A stretch of 64,000 nucleotides of DNA, taken from the NCBI GenBank assembly GCA_964459995.1, contig CAYWOR010000001.1, positions 273,328-337,327 of the forward strand, in the 5' to 3' direction. Made by a program: the position numbers and the translations under genes. Shown here in pieces: positions 10,664-21,200 of this stretch (positions are counted from its first letter, which is position 1; each line of letters begins with the position of its first letter). The DNA is from an uncultured bacterium (GTDB lineage Bacteria; UBP14; UBA6098). A model generated the notes under the pieces. It worked only from the letters and a program-made list of their open reading frames with translations, searched no databases and was not told where the DNA came from.

Positions 10664-11512
10664 TTGCGGAATGTAGTCTTCATATTTGCGATTCTCGTTT
10701 TCAGCGCTTTTGCGTTGCACGAGGAACAGACCGCTCCCGCGCGGATGCTTGGGATGGGGGGGACAGTCGTAGCGGCCGGAAATGGCGTGTCGGATGTCCC
10801 CTTCAACCCTGCTATTTCAGCTGGAATTGGCAGAATGTCGCTTGCCGGGACATATTCAGCACGCTGGGAGCTGGAGGGGTTTCGTGAATATTCCGCCGCA
10901 TTTGCGATGCCCGTGCGCTATGCAAATTTCGCGGTATATTGGCATGAGCGCAGTGTTGGCGATGTTTACGGTGAACACACCGCCGCGCTTAATGTGTCGA
11001 AAACCTTCCACGACGATATCCATGTTGGCATAACCGCAAAATTGTTGGCTACTTCCGCTCCCGGTGCGGAGCTTTGGGACGATCCGGCTTATAAAGGCGC
11101 CGTATATACGCCATGTGCAGATTTCGGGGTTCTTTATACACCAGGTGAAAAATGGCGCTTTGGCCTTTCCACGCGCAGTCTTGGTGCTCCTGAGGTGAAG
11201 CTTCTCGATTCGAGCATCGAAGGGGAGAAACTCGGAGGGCAGATTGCGCTCGGAAGCTCATGGGAGGCGGCACCGGACCTGATTCTCGCGATGGATATTC
11301 TCTCTCACGAGGGGAATCTGCATAGGTGGACACCGCGAATCGGAATGGAGATAACCTTTTTCGAGACTGTGGCTCTTCGTGCGGGCGCTAATGGCGAAAG
11401 ACTCTCTATGGGGGCTGGTTTGAAAGCCGATAGATGGGCTTTCGATTTCGGATTGCTTAATCATAGATGGCTGGGCAATATCTACAGAATAACATTGAGT
11501 TTAAACTACTAA
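10664..11512 (+). CDS. Putative outer-membrane beta-barrel protein (PorP/SprF-like or FadL-like 'NPA' motif family)
   Basis: Signal peptide MRNVVFIFAILVFSAFA. 'GMGGTVVAAGNGVSDVPFNPAISAG' resembles the N-terminal motif of OM transport barrels. Alternating hydrophobic pattern, aromatic C-terminus '...ITLSLNY'. Confidence 0.4.
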   Translation: MRNVVFIFAILVFSAFALHEEQTAPARMLGMGGTVVAAGNGVSDVPFNPAISAGIGRMSLAGTYSARWELEGFREYSAAFAMPVRYANFAVYWHERSVGDVYGEHTAALNVSKTFHDDIHVGITAKLLATSAPGAELWDDPAYKGAVYTPCADFGVLYTPGEKWRFGLSTRSLGAPEVKLLDSSIEGEKLGGQIALGSSWEAAPDLILAMDILSHEGNLHRWTPRIGMEITFFETVALRAGANGERLSMGAGLKADRWAFDFGLLNHRWLGNIYRITLSLNY

Positions 11513-11521
11513 ATACGGAGT

Positions 11522-12154
11522 ATGGCGATGAAAAAAACTTTCTTATCAATGCTAATTCTTTTCGCAATGATTATGGTTGGATGTGCACCGAAAGTTATGA
11601 TCCCCCCAAAAATCGATCTCTCCAAATATGAGAAAATCGGTTTGTTGGAACTTAACTCCAATTCGGAGGGGAATTTGACGCCCTATCTTACCGAGCGTTT
11701 GCTTCAGTCGATTCTCGAGGATCAGCCGGGGATAATGGTTGTGGAGCTTGGCAGAGAGGAAGATTTGCTGTATCAACTCGGTTTTCAAACGATGACACCG
11801 GATGCGATTCGTGCTATCGGAGATAACTATAATATCAAGACTATTCTCAGCGGAATCATCGATTTTACCTCTCCTGCAACATCTGTGGATTTCAGCGGCG
11901 GGCTAAAGAGCATGAGCGTAACCTCGTCCGTTTCGGCGATGCTGACTCTTAAAATGCGCGATTCCGCCTCCGGAGTTACGGTCTGGAGCGGTTCTTCACG
12001 CGCTGAACGCGAGATTTCCGATGCAGGATTTTTCGGGGGGACATTCCATTTCGATGCCGAAAACCCCGAAAAGGCTTACGGCAAACTCGCCGACAAACTC
12101 GTCCGCGACGTTACGAAAGATTTTCGTGTAACCTACGAAAGGCGAAGGGATTAG
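11522..12154 (+). CDS. Lipoprotein, hypothetical
   Basis: Lipobox 'LFAMIMVGC' (signal peptidase II type). No recognisable catalytic motif. Confidence 0.45.
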   Translation: MAMKKTFLSMLILFAMIMVGCAPKVMIPPKIDLSKYEKIGLLELNSNSEGNLTPYLTERLLQSILEDQPGIMVVELGREEDLLYQLGFQTMTPDAIRAIGDNYNIKTILSGIIDFTSPATSVDFSGGLKSMSVTSSVSAMLTLKMRDSASGVTVWSGSSRAEREISDAGFFGGTFHFDAENPEKAYGKLADKLVRDVTKDFRVTYERRRD

Positions 12155-12165
12155 CGAGTTTATCG

Positions 12166-12939
12166 ATGGAGACAAAATACGAAATAGCAAAGAACTGGTT
12201 TGCGCGCTATGTTGGCGTTAGCATCGACGAAATGGGCGATAGAATACTCTTGACTAACTTTCGGCATTATCTCGAAAGCTTCGCGAATAGGTTCGATGTT
12301 CCAATTCATGGTATCGGCGGACCGATGCAATCCGCGACGAACTCCGAGGGGTTATCGTTGATAAATTTCGGCATGGGCTCGCCCAACGCCGCAACCATAA
12401 TGGATCTGCTTTGCGCCCGAAAACCGCAGGCGGTGCTCTTTCTCGGTAAATGCGGCGGTATCAAACATGCGGCGGAAATCGGTCATTTCATACTTCCGAT
12501 AGCCGCAATCCGCGGTGAAGGGACTTCGAACGATTATTTTCCCCCCGAAGTGCCTGCTTTGCCGTCGTTTAAACTTCATAAATTCGTGTCGGAGAAGATA
12601 CTAGAACACGGCCACGAATATCGCACCGGCGTTGTTTACACAACGAACCGACGGCTTTGGGAGTGGGACTCGGATTTCAAGGAGTATCTGCGGAAGATTT
12701 CGGTAATCGGAATCGATATGGAGACCGCGACGATTTTTATTGTCGGACACGCGAACCATATTTCGCATGGCGCGCTGTTGCTTGTCTCGGATACCCCTAT
12801 GACTCCGGAGGGTGTAAAAACAGAGGTTTCCGACCGCACGGTAACCGAGAAATACGCCGAGCTTCATCTTCAAATTGGAATCGAGGCAATGAGCGAAATA
12901 ACTGACATGGGAGAATTAATAAAGCACTTCACTTTTTAA
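12166..12939 (+). CDS. amn: AMP nucleosidase-like protein, short form (PNP_UDP_1 catalytic domain only, no N-terminal regulatory domain)
   Basis: Strong motif-level identity to the E. coli Amn catalytic domain: 'NFGMGSPNAATIMDLLCARKPQAVLFLGKCGGI' (cf. 'NIGVGPSNAKTITDHLAVLRPHAWLMIGHCGGL'), 'IGIDMETATIF' (cf. 'AIDMESATIA'), 'LLLVSDTP' (cf. 'LLCVSDKP'), 'LHLQIGIEAM' (cf. 'EHLQIGIRAI'). Confidence 0.6.
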   Translation: METKYEIAKNWFARYVGVSIDEMGDRILLTNFRHYLESFANRFDVPIHGIGGPMQSATNSEGLSLINFGMGSPNAATIMDLLCARKPQAVLFLGKCGGIKHAAEIGHFILPIAAIRGEGTSNDYFPPEVPALPSFKLHKFVSEKILEHGHEYRTGVVYTTNRRLWEWDSDFKEYLRKISVIGIDMETATIFIVGHANHISHGALLLVSDTPMTPEGVKTEVSDRTVTEKYAELHLQIGIEAMSEITDMGELIKHFTF

Positions 12940-12980
12940 GTAAAGTCAATTATTAATAGGGAGAAATCGCGACTTATTCG

Positions 12981-14423
12981 ATGAAAAAATTCATTGCGAC
13001 ATTATTTCTCTTCGCCGCAGGAGTTTTTGCAGTGGGGCTTGGGGGATATTACGAAATCCAGACCCGCCTCGCAGAGGACGGCACATGGCAATTGTTCGAG
13101 CCGAATCATCGATTCGAATTGCGCCTTCACGCCTCACCTTGGCAGGACACCGAGGCTTTTGCGAAATTCTATGCCGAGCTTTCGCGAATGCAGGATAACG
13201 ATCCCGAAAGGCGTCTTCGGGAATACACTCTTCTCGAAGGGCACCTCAAATACCGATGGCCACAGCATTTCGAGGTTTTAGCCTTCACGAAGGAGAACCG
13301 GTTTTGGTTTTCGCAGGGGCTTTTCGAGGTAGTTACCGCGGATCGGCTTGCGGGGGATTCGCAAGCGCTTCGTATGGATTTCTGGGGTTTCGGACCGGTG
13401 AGCGGGCTGGCTTATTACAATGATTGGTCGGGCTCCTCGGGAAGAGAGGATGCTCTCGTAGGGCGGATAAATGCACCCTTTTGGAAGGACAGAGTTCGTT
13501 TTGGGGCAACTGCCGCGCGAAAAGATTGGGGTGCTTCAACCTCCGATTATAATGCGGTCGTCGGCGGTGATGTTGGAGTTTCTGTCGGGCGGACAATCCC
13601 TCAATTGAGGCATTTCGGGAATATCGACATCACAGCGCAGGCCGCTACGAGCAGGACGCCTTTTGAGCCTCAGAGTGCCGACGACTTGATTTGGGCGGTG
13701 GAGATGCGTCAGCTCAAGCTCAAGGATTTCGAGCTTCAGGCGCGTTATCACGATTATGGCGCTGATTTTCGTAGCTATCTCTCGAACCAATTCGATTACG
13801 AGCAAAAGTTCAATGAGAGCGGCTATTATCTTCGCGGGGTCTATTTCTTTCCGATGAAGGCTGTCAATCTTTCTGCGAGTTATTCGCACACGAGCGCTCC
13901 TCAAAATAGGCTTCAGATAGTGTCCGAGTCGAACCCAAACCGGGATTATCGTGAAATATATGGTGAAATATATATTGAATGGGTCAACAATATTAAATCG
14001 AGAGTTTACTTCAAACAATACAATGGATGGGATCCGACCTATAACTCGAATCGCGATTATCCGACGTTTTTTGGCGAGATGAGCCTTGAAAACAGCCTTG
14101 CGAAAGTGCGTGCGCAGGTTCGCGCCAAAGATATTGGCACACCCTATCAGGTCATTGCGACAGGTGCGGAGATAAATGTCAACCTATCGAAAGATTTGAA
14201 ACTTTATGCGCGCGCTGTCAATGCCGCCGAAGACTACGAATCACGCCAAACAGCTTTTGTGCAACTTCGCTATGAGAGATTCCAGCCAGCGGAGATTTTT
14301 CTCGAATTTGGTAATCCGGGAGATTCTGATAATGACCTCACAAATGACGATGATTTTGTCAATGAGGCCGCCAGTCATGGGGTTAACAAGCAAATAAAAC
14401 TTTTCGTAAAGGTGTATTTCTGA
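12981..14423 (+). CDS. Putative outer-membrane beta-barrel protein (480 aa), hypothetical
   Basis: Signal peptide MKKFIATLFLFAAGVFA. Amphipathic beta-strand-like alternation throughout. C-terminal '...IKLFVKVYF' with terminal Phe, typical of the BAM substrate signature. Confidence 0.45.
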   Translation: MKKFIATLFLFAAGVFAVGLGGYYEIQTRLAEDGTWQLFEPNHRFELRLHASPWQDTEAFAKFYAELSRMQDNDPERRLREYTLLEGHLKYRWPQHFEVLAFTKENRFWFSQGLFEVVTADRLAGDSQALRMDFWGFGPVSGLAYYNDWSGSSGREDALVGRINAPFWKDRVRFGATAARKDWGASTSDYNAVVGGDVGVSVGRTIPQLRHFGNIDITAQAATSRTPFEPQSADDLIWAVEMRQLKLKDFELQARYHDYGADFRSYLSNQFDYEQKFNESGYYLRGVYFFPMKAVNLSASYSHTSAPQNRLQIVSESNPNRDYREIYGEIYIEWVNNIKSRVYFKQYNGWDPTYNSNRDYPTFFGEMSLENSLAKVRAQVRAKDIGTPYQVIATGAEINVNLSKDLKLYARAVNAAEDYESRQTAFVQLRYERFQPAEIFLEFGNPGDSDNDLTNDDDFVNEAASHGVNKQIKLFVKVYF

Positions 14424-14956
14424 TGAAAGAAAAAATACAGCTTCCGTTGGATTTCAAAATGTGGACAATGGTTCCCGTATATCTTGTGCTCATTGGAATT
14501 GTCTTTTATTTTGGGAGTGTGCTAGGTGCACGCTGGGCTTGGATGATTGGCTCACTCCTTATTGGAATATTGACAGGAATACCCGCCGCGAAATGGGAAC
14601 TTGCCGCAATCGGGGAATCATGGGAGGAGATACTCCACGGGCCGCTTGTGGGGTTCCGGCTTGCATATTTCAAGAAAGAAGGCGCGCGCAGAAGATCCTT
14701 CTATTTTCTGATTATGTCATTACTGGTTCCAGTGATTTATTTTCTGCTATCATATAATTTTTATTGGTATAGATATTTATCCGAGTCCGACATTCGGGAT
14801 TCCCTTTATCTAATGGTTCGTTGGAATGGATGGTATTGGTTCCCTTATGTTTTCGGGATGTCATTTTCCAGCACATGTCTTCCGCGCCTTATAGCGGCGG
14901 AGAGCTACAAACACGATAAAATCCCCTATCCGCGCGGGGTGAAAGATGCGAAATAA
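14423..14956 (+). CDS. Integral membrane protein (about 4 TM), hypothetical
   Basis: Four hydrophobic helices. Start overlaps the upstream stop (ATGA-type coupling). Confidence 0.4.
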   Translation: MKEKIQLPLDFKMWTMVPVYLVLIGIVFYFGSVLGARWAWMIGSLLIGILTGIPAAKWELAAIGESWEEILHGPLVGFRLAYFKKEGARRRSFYFLIMSLLVPVIYFLLSYNFYWYRYLSESDIRDSLYLMVRWNGWYWFPYVFGMSFSSTCLPRLIAAESYKHDKIPYPRGVKDAK

Positions 14957-17702
14957 ACTTGACAGACATGTTTTGGCGATTTTATCCGCCGGAGTTGTGG
15001 TAATTATGTCGCTGACAGCTTTAGCGGCGGTCGAGATGTCGGAGATGGGTGCGGTTTTCACTTTGGATGCACCGGAAGCACAATCCGTGCATCTTACAGG
15101 TGATTTCAACGGCTGGTCGGAATCCGCTACGCCGATGAAATTGGCTGGCGGTCTTTGGCGTGTCGAACTCGAACTCGCCCCGAAACGTTATGAATACAAG
15201 TTTTTGGTCGATGGGAGATATATCGAAGACCCTGATAATCCAAACACAAATCCCGATCCCTATGGCGGAGTGAATTCCGTTGTAACGGTCCACCCGAGCG
15301 GAGAAGTGCCTCTTCCCGACGACCCGCGAGGCGATCGAATTGATCCAAAAAAACTTTCCGATTCGAGCGCGATTCTTTTCGAGTATCAAAACCCAAATGC
15401 GCGCAAAGTATTCATTGCAGGCGATTTCAACGACTGGTCAACCGAAAAAAATCCATTGATGAACGATGGAAATGGGTTATGGAAAACAACGATTGACATA
15501 TCGCCGGGTAAATACGAGTATAAATATTACGTCGATTATGAATATATTATCGATCCTAACAACCCTAATCGCGTTCCTGACCCCTATGGCGGCGAGAATT
15601 CGATTATATATGTTCCGATATCGGATTACGATTTGATTGACGACGGCTTCAGAGGTAATGAATTTGTGGAGGTGATAGATTCACACGAACCGCAAACACG
15701 AATGCAGACTCAACCCGATGCGAATCGTTCTGCAGAAGGGACGGAATATGCTTTCGAGTATTACAACCCCGGAGCGAGGCAGGTTTTTATCGCCGGTGAT
15801 TTTAATTCGTGGTCTCCAAACGCCGCGGAAATGGTCTCTACCGGCGAAGGCAATTGGTCGAAAAAAATTGTCTTAAAGCCGGGAAAATATGGTTATAAAT
15901 ATATTGTCGATGGCAACTGGCAACCAGACCCTGAAAATCCCAATACACAGCCTGATGGCTACGGCGGAGTGAATTCGGTAGTGGAGATTTCGAAATCCGG
16001 CGAAATTGTGAGGTCAGAGAAGGCCAAAATTGCCGACCGTGTGTCGAACACTTTCGCAAATAGCAGGGTCTATATCGGCGGGAAATACACCGGTATCGCC
16101 GAAAGTAGGTGGAATCGCGACGGCGACGGACGTTTTCGCCTCAATGTGCCGAGGCATCGAATGGAAGCCTTCTTGCGGGTTAAAATAAGCGATAATGTGC
16201 GCGCGGTGGGGGCTTTGAGTTTTGATACAAAAGAGGCTGAAAGGATTTACGAGACATCTCTTGCAATGGATAGTGCCGCAGTAGAGCTTGTCAACGATAA
16301 TTTCCGTGCACAAATATACTATAACCGGCCTGTGGGCGGGCTTGGCGACCCGTTGGATATGGTTGGGAACTCGGCGATGGCGGGGAGCCCCGATGTCGAG
16401 ATTCCTTTTGGAATGGGCACTGGCGGAATTAAAGCCGAAGGCGAGCTTTTCGGTGCGAAGTTGACCGGTATCTACGCCGATAGGTATCACAGCAGAGCGG
16501 CCCAATTGCCCGACGGCGCGCTTCTCGACGGTCTCGGAAGGCCGACTTTCGGGCTTTTCGCAGAAGATGTAATCTCGCCATCTCCAAACCCGAACGCTTA
16601 CACAGGATATTCGACAGATATTCTCGCGGCGCGGATTTCACGCGGGATAGGACCTACGGAGATCGGCGCATCGTTACGAATGGATTCGGGGAATTGGTGG
16701 TATTCTTACGCATCCATGAGTTTGCCGGAACTTTCCGAGTGGGTTGATTCCACCGGCTCTACAAGCGATTGGTTCGCACTTGGCAAAACAGAATGGCTTT
16801 ATGGCGCGGATTTGCGGCTTAAAATAGGCCCCACGAGCCTTTGGACAGAGTATCTGCTATATGACTATGTCGGTGGAGTTGTCGCAGGAAATCGTGAAAA
16901 CGATGCTCGCGACAACAACGGTCCTATCGACCTCGAACTCGGCGCTAGAAAGGGAAATCTCGGCGATGTTGGATTTGGAATCGATCTTTTCGATTTGGCC
17001 ATAATCGGCGGCAAATACTCGTCCTTGGTCTATTCCGCTCCGAAGGACAGCGGCGTTTACTTAGAGCCGGCACCATCGATTTCCGGAAGCGGAAGGGTCG
17101 ATATGACATATTTCGAGCTTGTCCCGGAGGTCTCGACAACATGGTGGGAGAGCTACGACCTCGAAATCGGCCTTCAGCGATATTTTCCGGTTACATTACG
17201 CGGAGGAATCGAGAAATCTGCGGATTCGTTTACTGATACTCGTCGGGATGTTCGAAAACTCGGCTTCTCGGCAAAGGGTTCTATCCTTTGGGATTTCGTT
17301 CTTTACGATATTTGCGGCGATTGGGCAAACGCGGAATATGCTGACGGAGCTACTCAATTCGAGTTCTTATCGAAGTATGCATTGTCAATAAATCTTACCG
17401 AGAATTGGTATGTCGGTGTGGATGCAGTATTTCACGCCATCGAAGCTATTTCCGCCGAAGATTCGATATTGTGGGACGGCGTGTCCAAACCTTTGTTCGC
17501 ATATATTCAATATAGCCCTGTGCAAAATGTCCGAATGCAGGTTTACTGGGGCTTCCATCCCTCGATGGCAAACGGCTGGGTCGCGGGACGCCGCGAATTT
17601 GTCGATACATATATGCGCGAAAACGGCGCGACCTTCGCCGAGGCGTGGGAAGAGCTTGATAAAGTCCGTCAGATTGGGTTCCGCGGCGAAATCGATTTCT
17701 AA
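14946..17702 (+). CDS. 918-aa envelope protein: N-terminal signal/anchor, four tandem CBM48/AMPK-beta-type glycogen-binding modules, ~560-aa C-terminal domain ending in Phe (putative OM beta-barrel)
   Basis: Four repeats of 'V.L.GDFN.WS......M.....G.W........PG.YEYKF.VDG.....DP.NPN..PD.YGG.NS' at about residues 40-120, 145-225, 265-345 and 360-430, matching AMPK1_CBM/CBM48. C-terminus '...IGFRGEIDF'. Confidence 0.6.
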   Translation: MRNKLDRHVLAILSAGVVVIMSLTALAAVEMSEMGAVFTLDAPEAQSVHLTGDFNGWSESATPMKLAGGLWRVELELAPKRYEYKFLVDGRYIEDPDNPNTNPDPYGGVNSVVTVHPSGEVPLPDDPRGDRIDPKKLSDSSAILFEYQNPNARKVFIAGDFNDWSTEKNPLMNDGNGLWKTTIDISPGKYEYKYYVDYEYIIDPNNPNRVPDPYGGENSIIYVPISDYDLIDDGFRGNEFVEVIDSHEPQTRMQTQPDANRSAEGTEYAFEYYNPGARQVFIAGDFNSWSPNAAEMVSTGEGNWSKKIVLKPGKYGYKYIVDGNWQPDPENPNTQPDGYGGVNSVVEISKSGEIVRSEKAKIADRVSNTFANSRVYIGGKYTGIAESRWNRDGDGRFRLNVPRHRMEAFLRVKISDNVRAVGALSFDTKEAERIYETSLAMDSAAVELVNDNFRAQIYYNRPVGGLGDPLDMVGNSAMAGSPDVEIPFGMGTGGIKAEGELFGAKLTGIYADRYHSRAAQLPDGALLDGLGRPTFGLFAEDVISPSPNPNAYTGYSTDILAARISRGIGPTEIGASLRMDSGNWWYSYASMSLPELSEWVDSTGSTSDWFALGKTEWLYGADLRLKIGPTSLWTEYLLYDYVGGVVAGNRENDARDNNGPIDLELGARKGNLGDVGFGIDLFDLAIIGGKYSSLVYSAPKDSGVYLEPAPSISGSGRVDMTYFELVPEVSTTWWESYDLEIGLQRYFPVTLRGGIEKSADSFTDTRRDVRKLGFSAKGSILWDFVLYDICGDWANAEYADGATQFEFLSKYALSINLTENWYVGVDAVFHAIEAISAEDSILWDGVSKPLFAYIQYSPVQNVRMQVYWGFHPSMANGWVAGRREFVDTYMRENGATFAEAWEELDKVRQIGFRGEIDF

Positions 17703-17711
17703 GGGGCGTTT

Positions 17712-18107
17712 ATGAAAAGGGCTATCGAGACATTCGCAGTTATCGCAATTCTTTTTTTCTGCGCCTGTGCGGTTGGAGATGCAATCAAAAACAGGCTTCC
17801 GGCACCTCATAGAGTTGACGGAGGTGTGCTTTTCATGTATGAATACCCCGCCGCCAAACATGTGCAGGTTTGCGGAAATTTCAACAATTGGTGCGGAACC
17901 AAAGACACCGGCGGAATTCTCGATCCATCGATCGGGGTGATGTCCGACGAAAACGGCGACGGAATTTGGGAGTTTAAGATCGATCTTCCACCGGGAAGAT
18001 ACCAATATAAATATGTCGTGGACAGAATTAGCTGGGTGATGGACCCCTCGAACCCGAACATCGATTCGGAAGATGGCATCGAAAACAGTCTTCTGATTCT
18101 CCGTTAG
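17712..18107 (+). CDS. Small lipoprotein with a single CBM48/AMPK-beta-type glycogen-binding module
   Basis: Lipobox 'ILFFCAC'. 'VHVQVCGNFNNWCG........GIWEFKIDLPPGRYQYKYVVDRISWVMDPSNPN' matches the CBM48 pattern. Confidence 0.55.
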   Translation: MKRAIETFAVIAILFFCACAVGDAIKNRLPAPHRVDGGVLFMYEYPAAKHVQVCGNFNNWCGTKDTGGILDPSIGVMSDENGDGIWEFKIDLPPGRYQYKYVVDRISWVMDPSNPNIDSEDGIENSLLILR

Positions 18108-18215
18108 AGCGGGTTTGAACGTTAGGCGATTATAGAATATTTTGAAAACCGCTTCTGTATCCTTGACTCGACTCGAAAAAACGATATTTTAATTGTGATG
18201 AAAATACGGTGAGAT

Positions 18216-21200
18216 ATGCTTCGTAAAATAATCGCGATAACTTTCATAATTTTCGCAATAACCGCTCTTGCCGAGCCTGTTGTTGTCGCACGGGATGTTC
18301 ATGGTTCGGCTTCCGGCCTTAACAATCAACGCACGATTGTCCGAAATTCGGGGGGGATTCTTTATTGCGCATATTCCGGTTTCGACGGCGGAAGCTACCA
18401 GATTTACATCGCGATGAGCAACGACAACGGCACTTCGTGGGTTCCAGATTGGCGTCAAATAACATTCGACACGACGAATCACTACCAGCCATCGCTCGTA
18501 ATCGATTCGCAGGACACTCTTCATTTAGTTTGGCGCGGGAACAGTGTTACAGGTTCCGATGCCAATCTGCTTTATGCCAAATGGCCGGCTTTCACAATCA
18601 CCACACTTTGCGCTTCATCCGGTTATCCGGGGGCATATTGCCCGAGTATGGCGGTCGGTCCGGATGACGATTTGCATGTTGTATGGACAGGTTGCCCTTC
18701 CGGATGGCAGGTTCGATATATGCGGTTCGATGTCGCCACCGGCAGTTGGGGACCGACGGAGAATGTCGGTGTGATGACCCCCTCGCGCTGGCCCTCTGTT
18801 GAAGCGGACACTGACGGCAACCCGCATGTGGTTTACCGAAACACTTTCGGAAGCCCAAGTCATTACCGTTGCTCGCATCGAATGAAGATAGGCGGGACAT
18901 GGCGCGGTTTCAACGGCGAAAACCGAGATACCCTCGATGTCTTCCTCGTTTCTGGAAGATCCTCGCTGGAATTCACGAGTATCTATATCGATCCGGACGA
19001 TAATCTTTACGCCACATGGCAATGGAACGATTATTTCGGAAGCCACCCCGACACGGTGCGTTTTCGGAAATTCAATCATTCTGCCTACACTTGGGGAGCG
19101 GAGACAGCGATATGGGGCAACGATAGCTCGGACAGCTACACGGCCTACAACGGCGATGTCGTAGTCGATTCTTCTGGTGTGATATATGTTTTCTACCATG
19201 ACAACGATTCTTGTTATGTTGCGATTTCCTACGACGGCGGTTTGAGCTTCGTCGGTGACAGTGTTGTCAGCCATGGTAATTACACTGCGCGTTATCCAAC
19301 CGCGCGCGGCTCGCTATGGCCGCCGTTCAACCGCACAGGCTCATGTATCGACTATGTTTATACTTGGAGCCACCCTGATAGCACGATAAAATATCTAATT
19401 TACGACAATACCTGCGGCCAAAAAGAAACAACCTTTGTGGTCGCGGAGACAGTTTTTCCGCCCTCCGGTGTGATTTTATCCTGCTCCGATCAATCTATAA
19501 TCACCTATATTGCTTGCCCGGAGCCTTGTTCGGTTTCGCTGTTCAGCTCTCCCGCGACTGTCGAGTATTACGATTCCGCCAGCGCGACGTGGCGGCCGGT
19601 TTCCGCGCGTGATCCCTCGGTGTGGGAGCCATACGAGGTTCCCGGTGCGGACTGGGTTTGGGGAAGTATGATGTCCGCGGGGCGTGGATATTGGTTTCGC
19701 GCCTTTATCGAGCATGACTGCACCGAGTTCTCGCGTGCTACGATAAAAATCCGTTGCGACAATCAGGCGTGGGTCTATTGCAACGACGAATTTGTCGATA
19801 CGACCAACGGCTATTCCGGCACCGGCCCATGGGGATGGCGGACGATGTTCGAGTTCGACCTGACCGAATTTCTCCATGGCGGGACAGACACTTTCACAAT
19901 CTTGGCGACAAATGTCAGCGGCTGGGCGGGTCTGGCCTTTCATATCTCGATAGAAAATCCCGGCGGATGTTGTGGTGAAATAGATCCGTGGTCGATAGAT
20001 TACGTCGTGAACGGCAGACACTATTCTTATGGCGATCCGGAGCTTGATTGGGACGGCGATTCGACGCTGATTTTCACCCCCATGCCGCCGGATACTTTCC
20101 AAAACGGCGACACAGTTTTCGCGAAGCTCCTTTTTGCCGCGGACACATGCGTAGGCGAGCTTGACACGGTTGTAACCAACGCGTCGGTATTGTTCTTCAT
20201 CGACCTTGCGCCGCCGGTGATTCAGCTTATCTCGCCGTCATTTGGCGATTTGACCTCACTGCCGGACAACTTTTTCTTCGGCCTTTGGGACAGCATATCC
20301 GGGTTGGACATAGCTTCGATTCGTGCCGATGTCGCCGGGTTGATTTTCGGCGATGGCGAATTCGGTGCGATTTACGCCGATTCGGTTTTCTCCTTCGCCG
20401 CTACCGATGTCGGAATTGTCTGGTCGCCGGGAGATTCAATAATCATTAGTATAAGCGCGTGGGATTCACCCGATTTGTGCGATCCGAATGCAGATACACT
20501 TCGTTGGGCTTGGTTCATGCGCGACCCGGAAGCTCCTATACCCTCGATTATCGAGCCGGAACCATGGATTTACAGCGCCTGCGCGCCGGAATCCATCATG
20601 GTAGAAATACTCGACCCCCACGGCATCGCCCCCGCGACCATCGAACTCGAGATAAACGGCGAGATTTTCACTGTCGATTCCCCCGAGATAAGCTGGGAAG
20701 AGCCGGTTCTGACCTATTTTGCAGTCGATGGCTGGCCGAATACCGACACGATACGAGTGTCCTTGAATCACGCCGAGGATATTTTCGGCAACGACATCTC
20801 CGCACCGCTACAGTGGGCTTTCATTGTCGATTACGAGCCACCCACCGCGGAGATGACCGCCCCCGCGGTAGAAATGACCCGCGATGTCCGTCAAGATATT
20901 GTTATTTGGATCTGCGACCGGCTGTCCGGCGTCGATCCCTCGACCGCATTACTGAACATCGACGGCGCGGAATTTCCTCTTGAAAACATGCAATGGACAC
21001 CCGATGCCCCCTGCGGCGAGCTTTATTTCCGCCCTGAGGATGTCGGCCTGATTTTCGTAAACGGCGAAACCGTGCATGTCTGCCTGACAATCGGCGACTC
21101 CCCAAATAGATGCGCGCCGAATGTCGCCGAATTCTGCTGGAGCTTCCTAATCGAGCCGGAGGTCGGTTGTGAGGTCGTGCCGAATCCTTTTACGCCCAAC

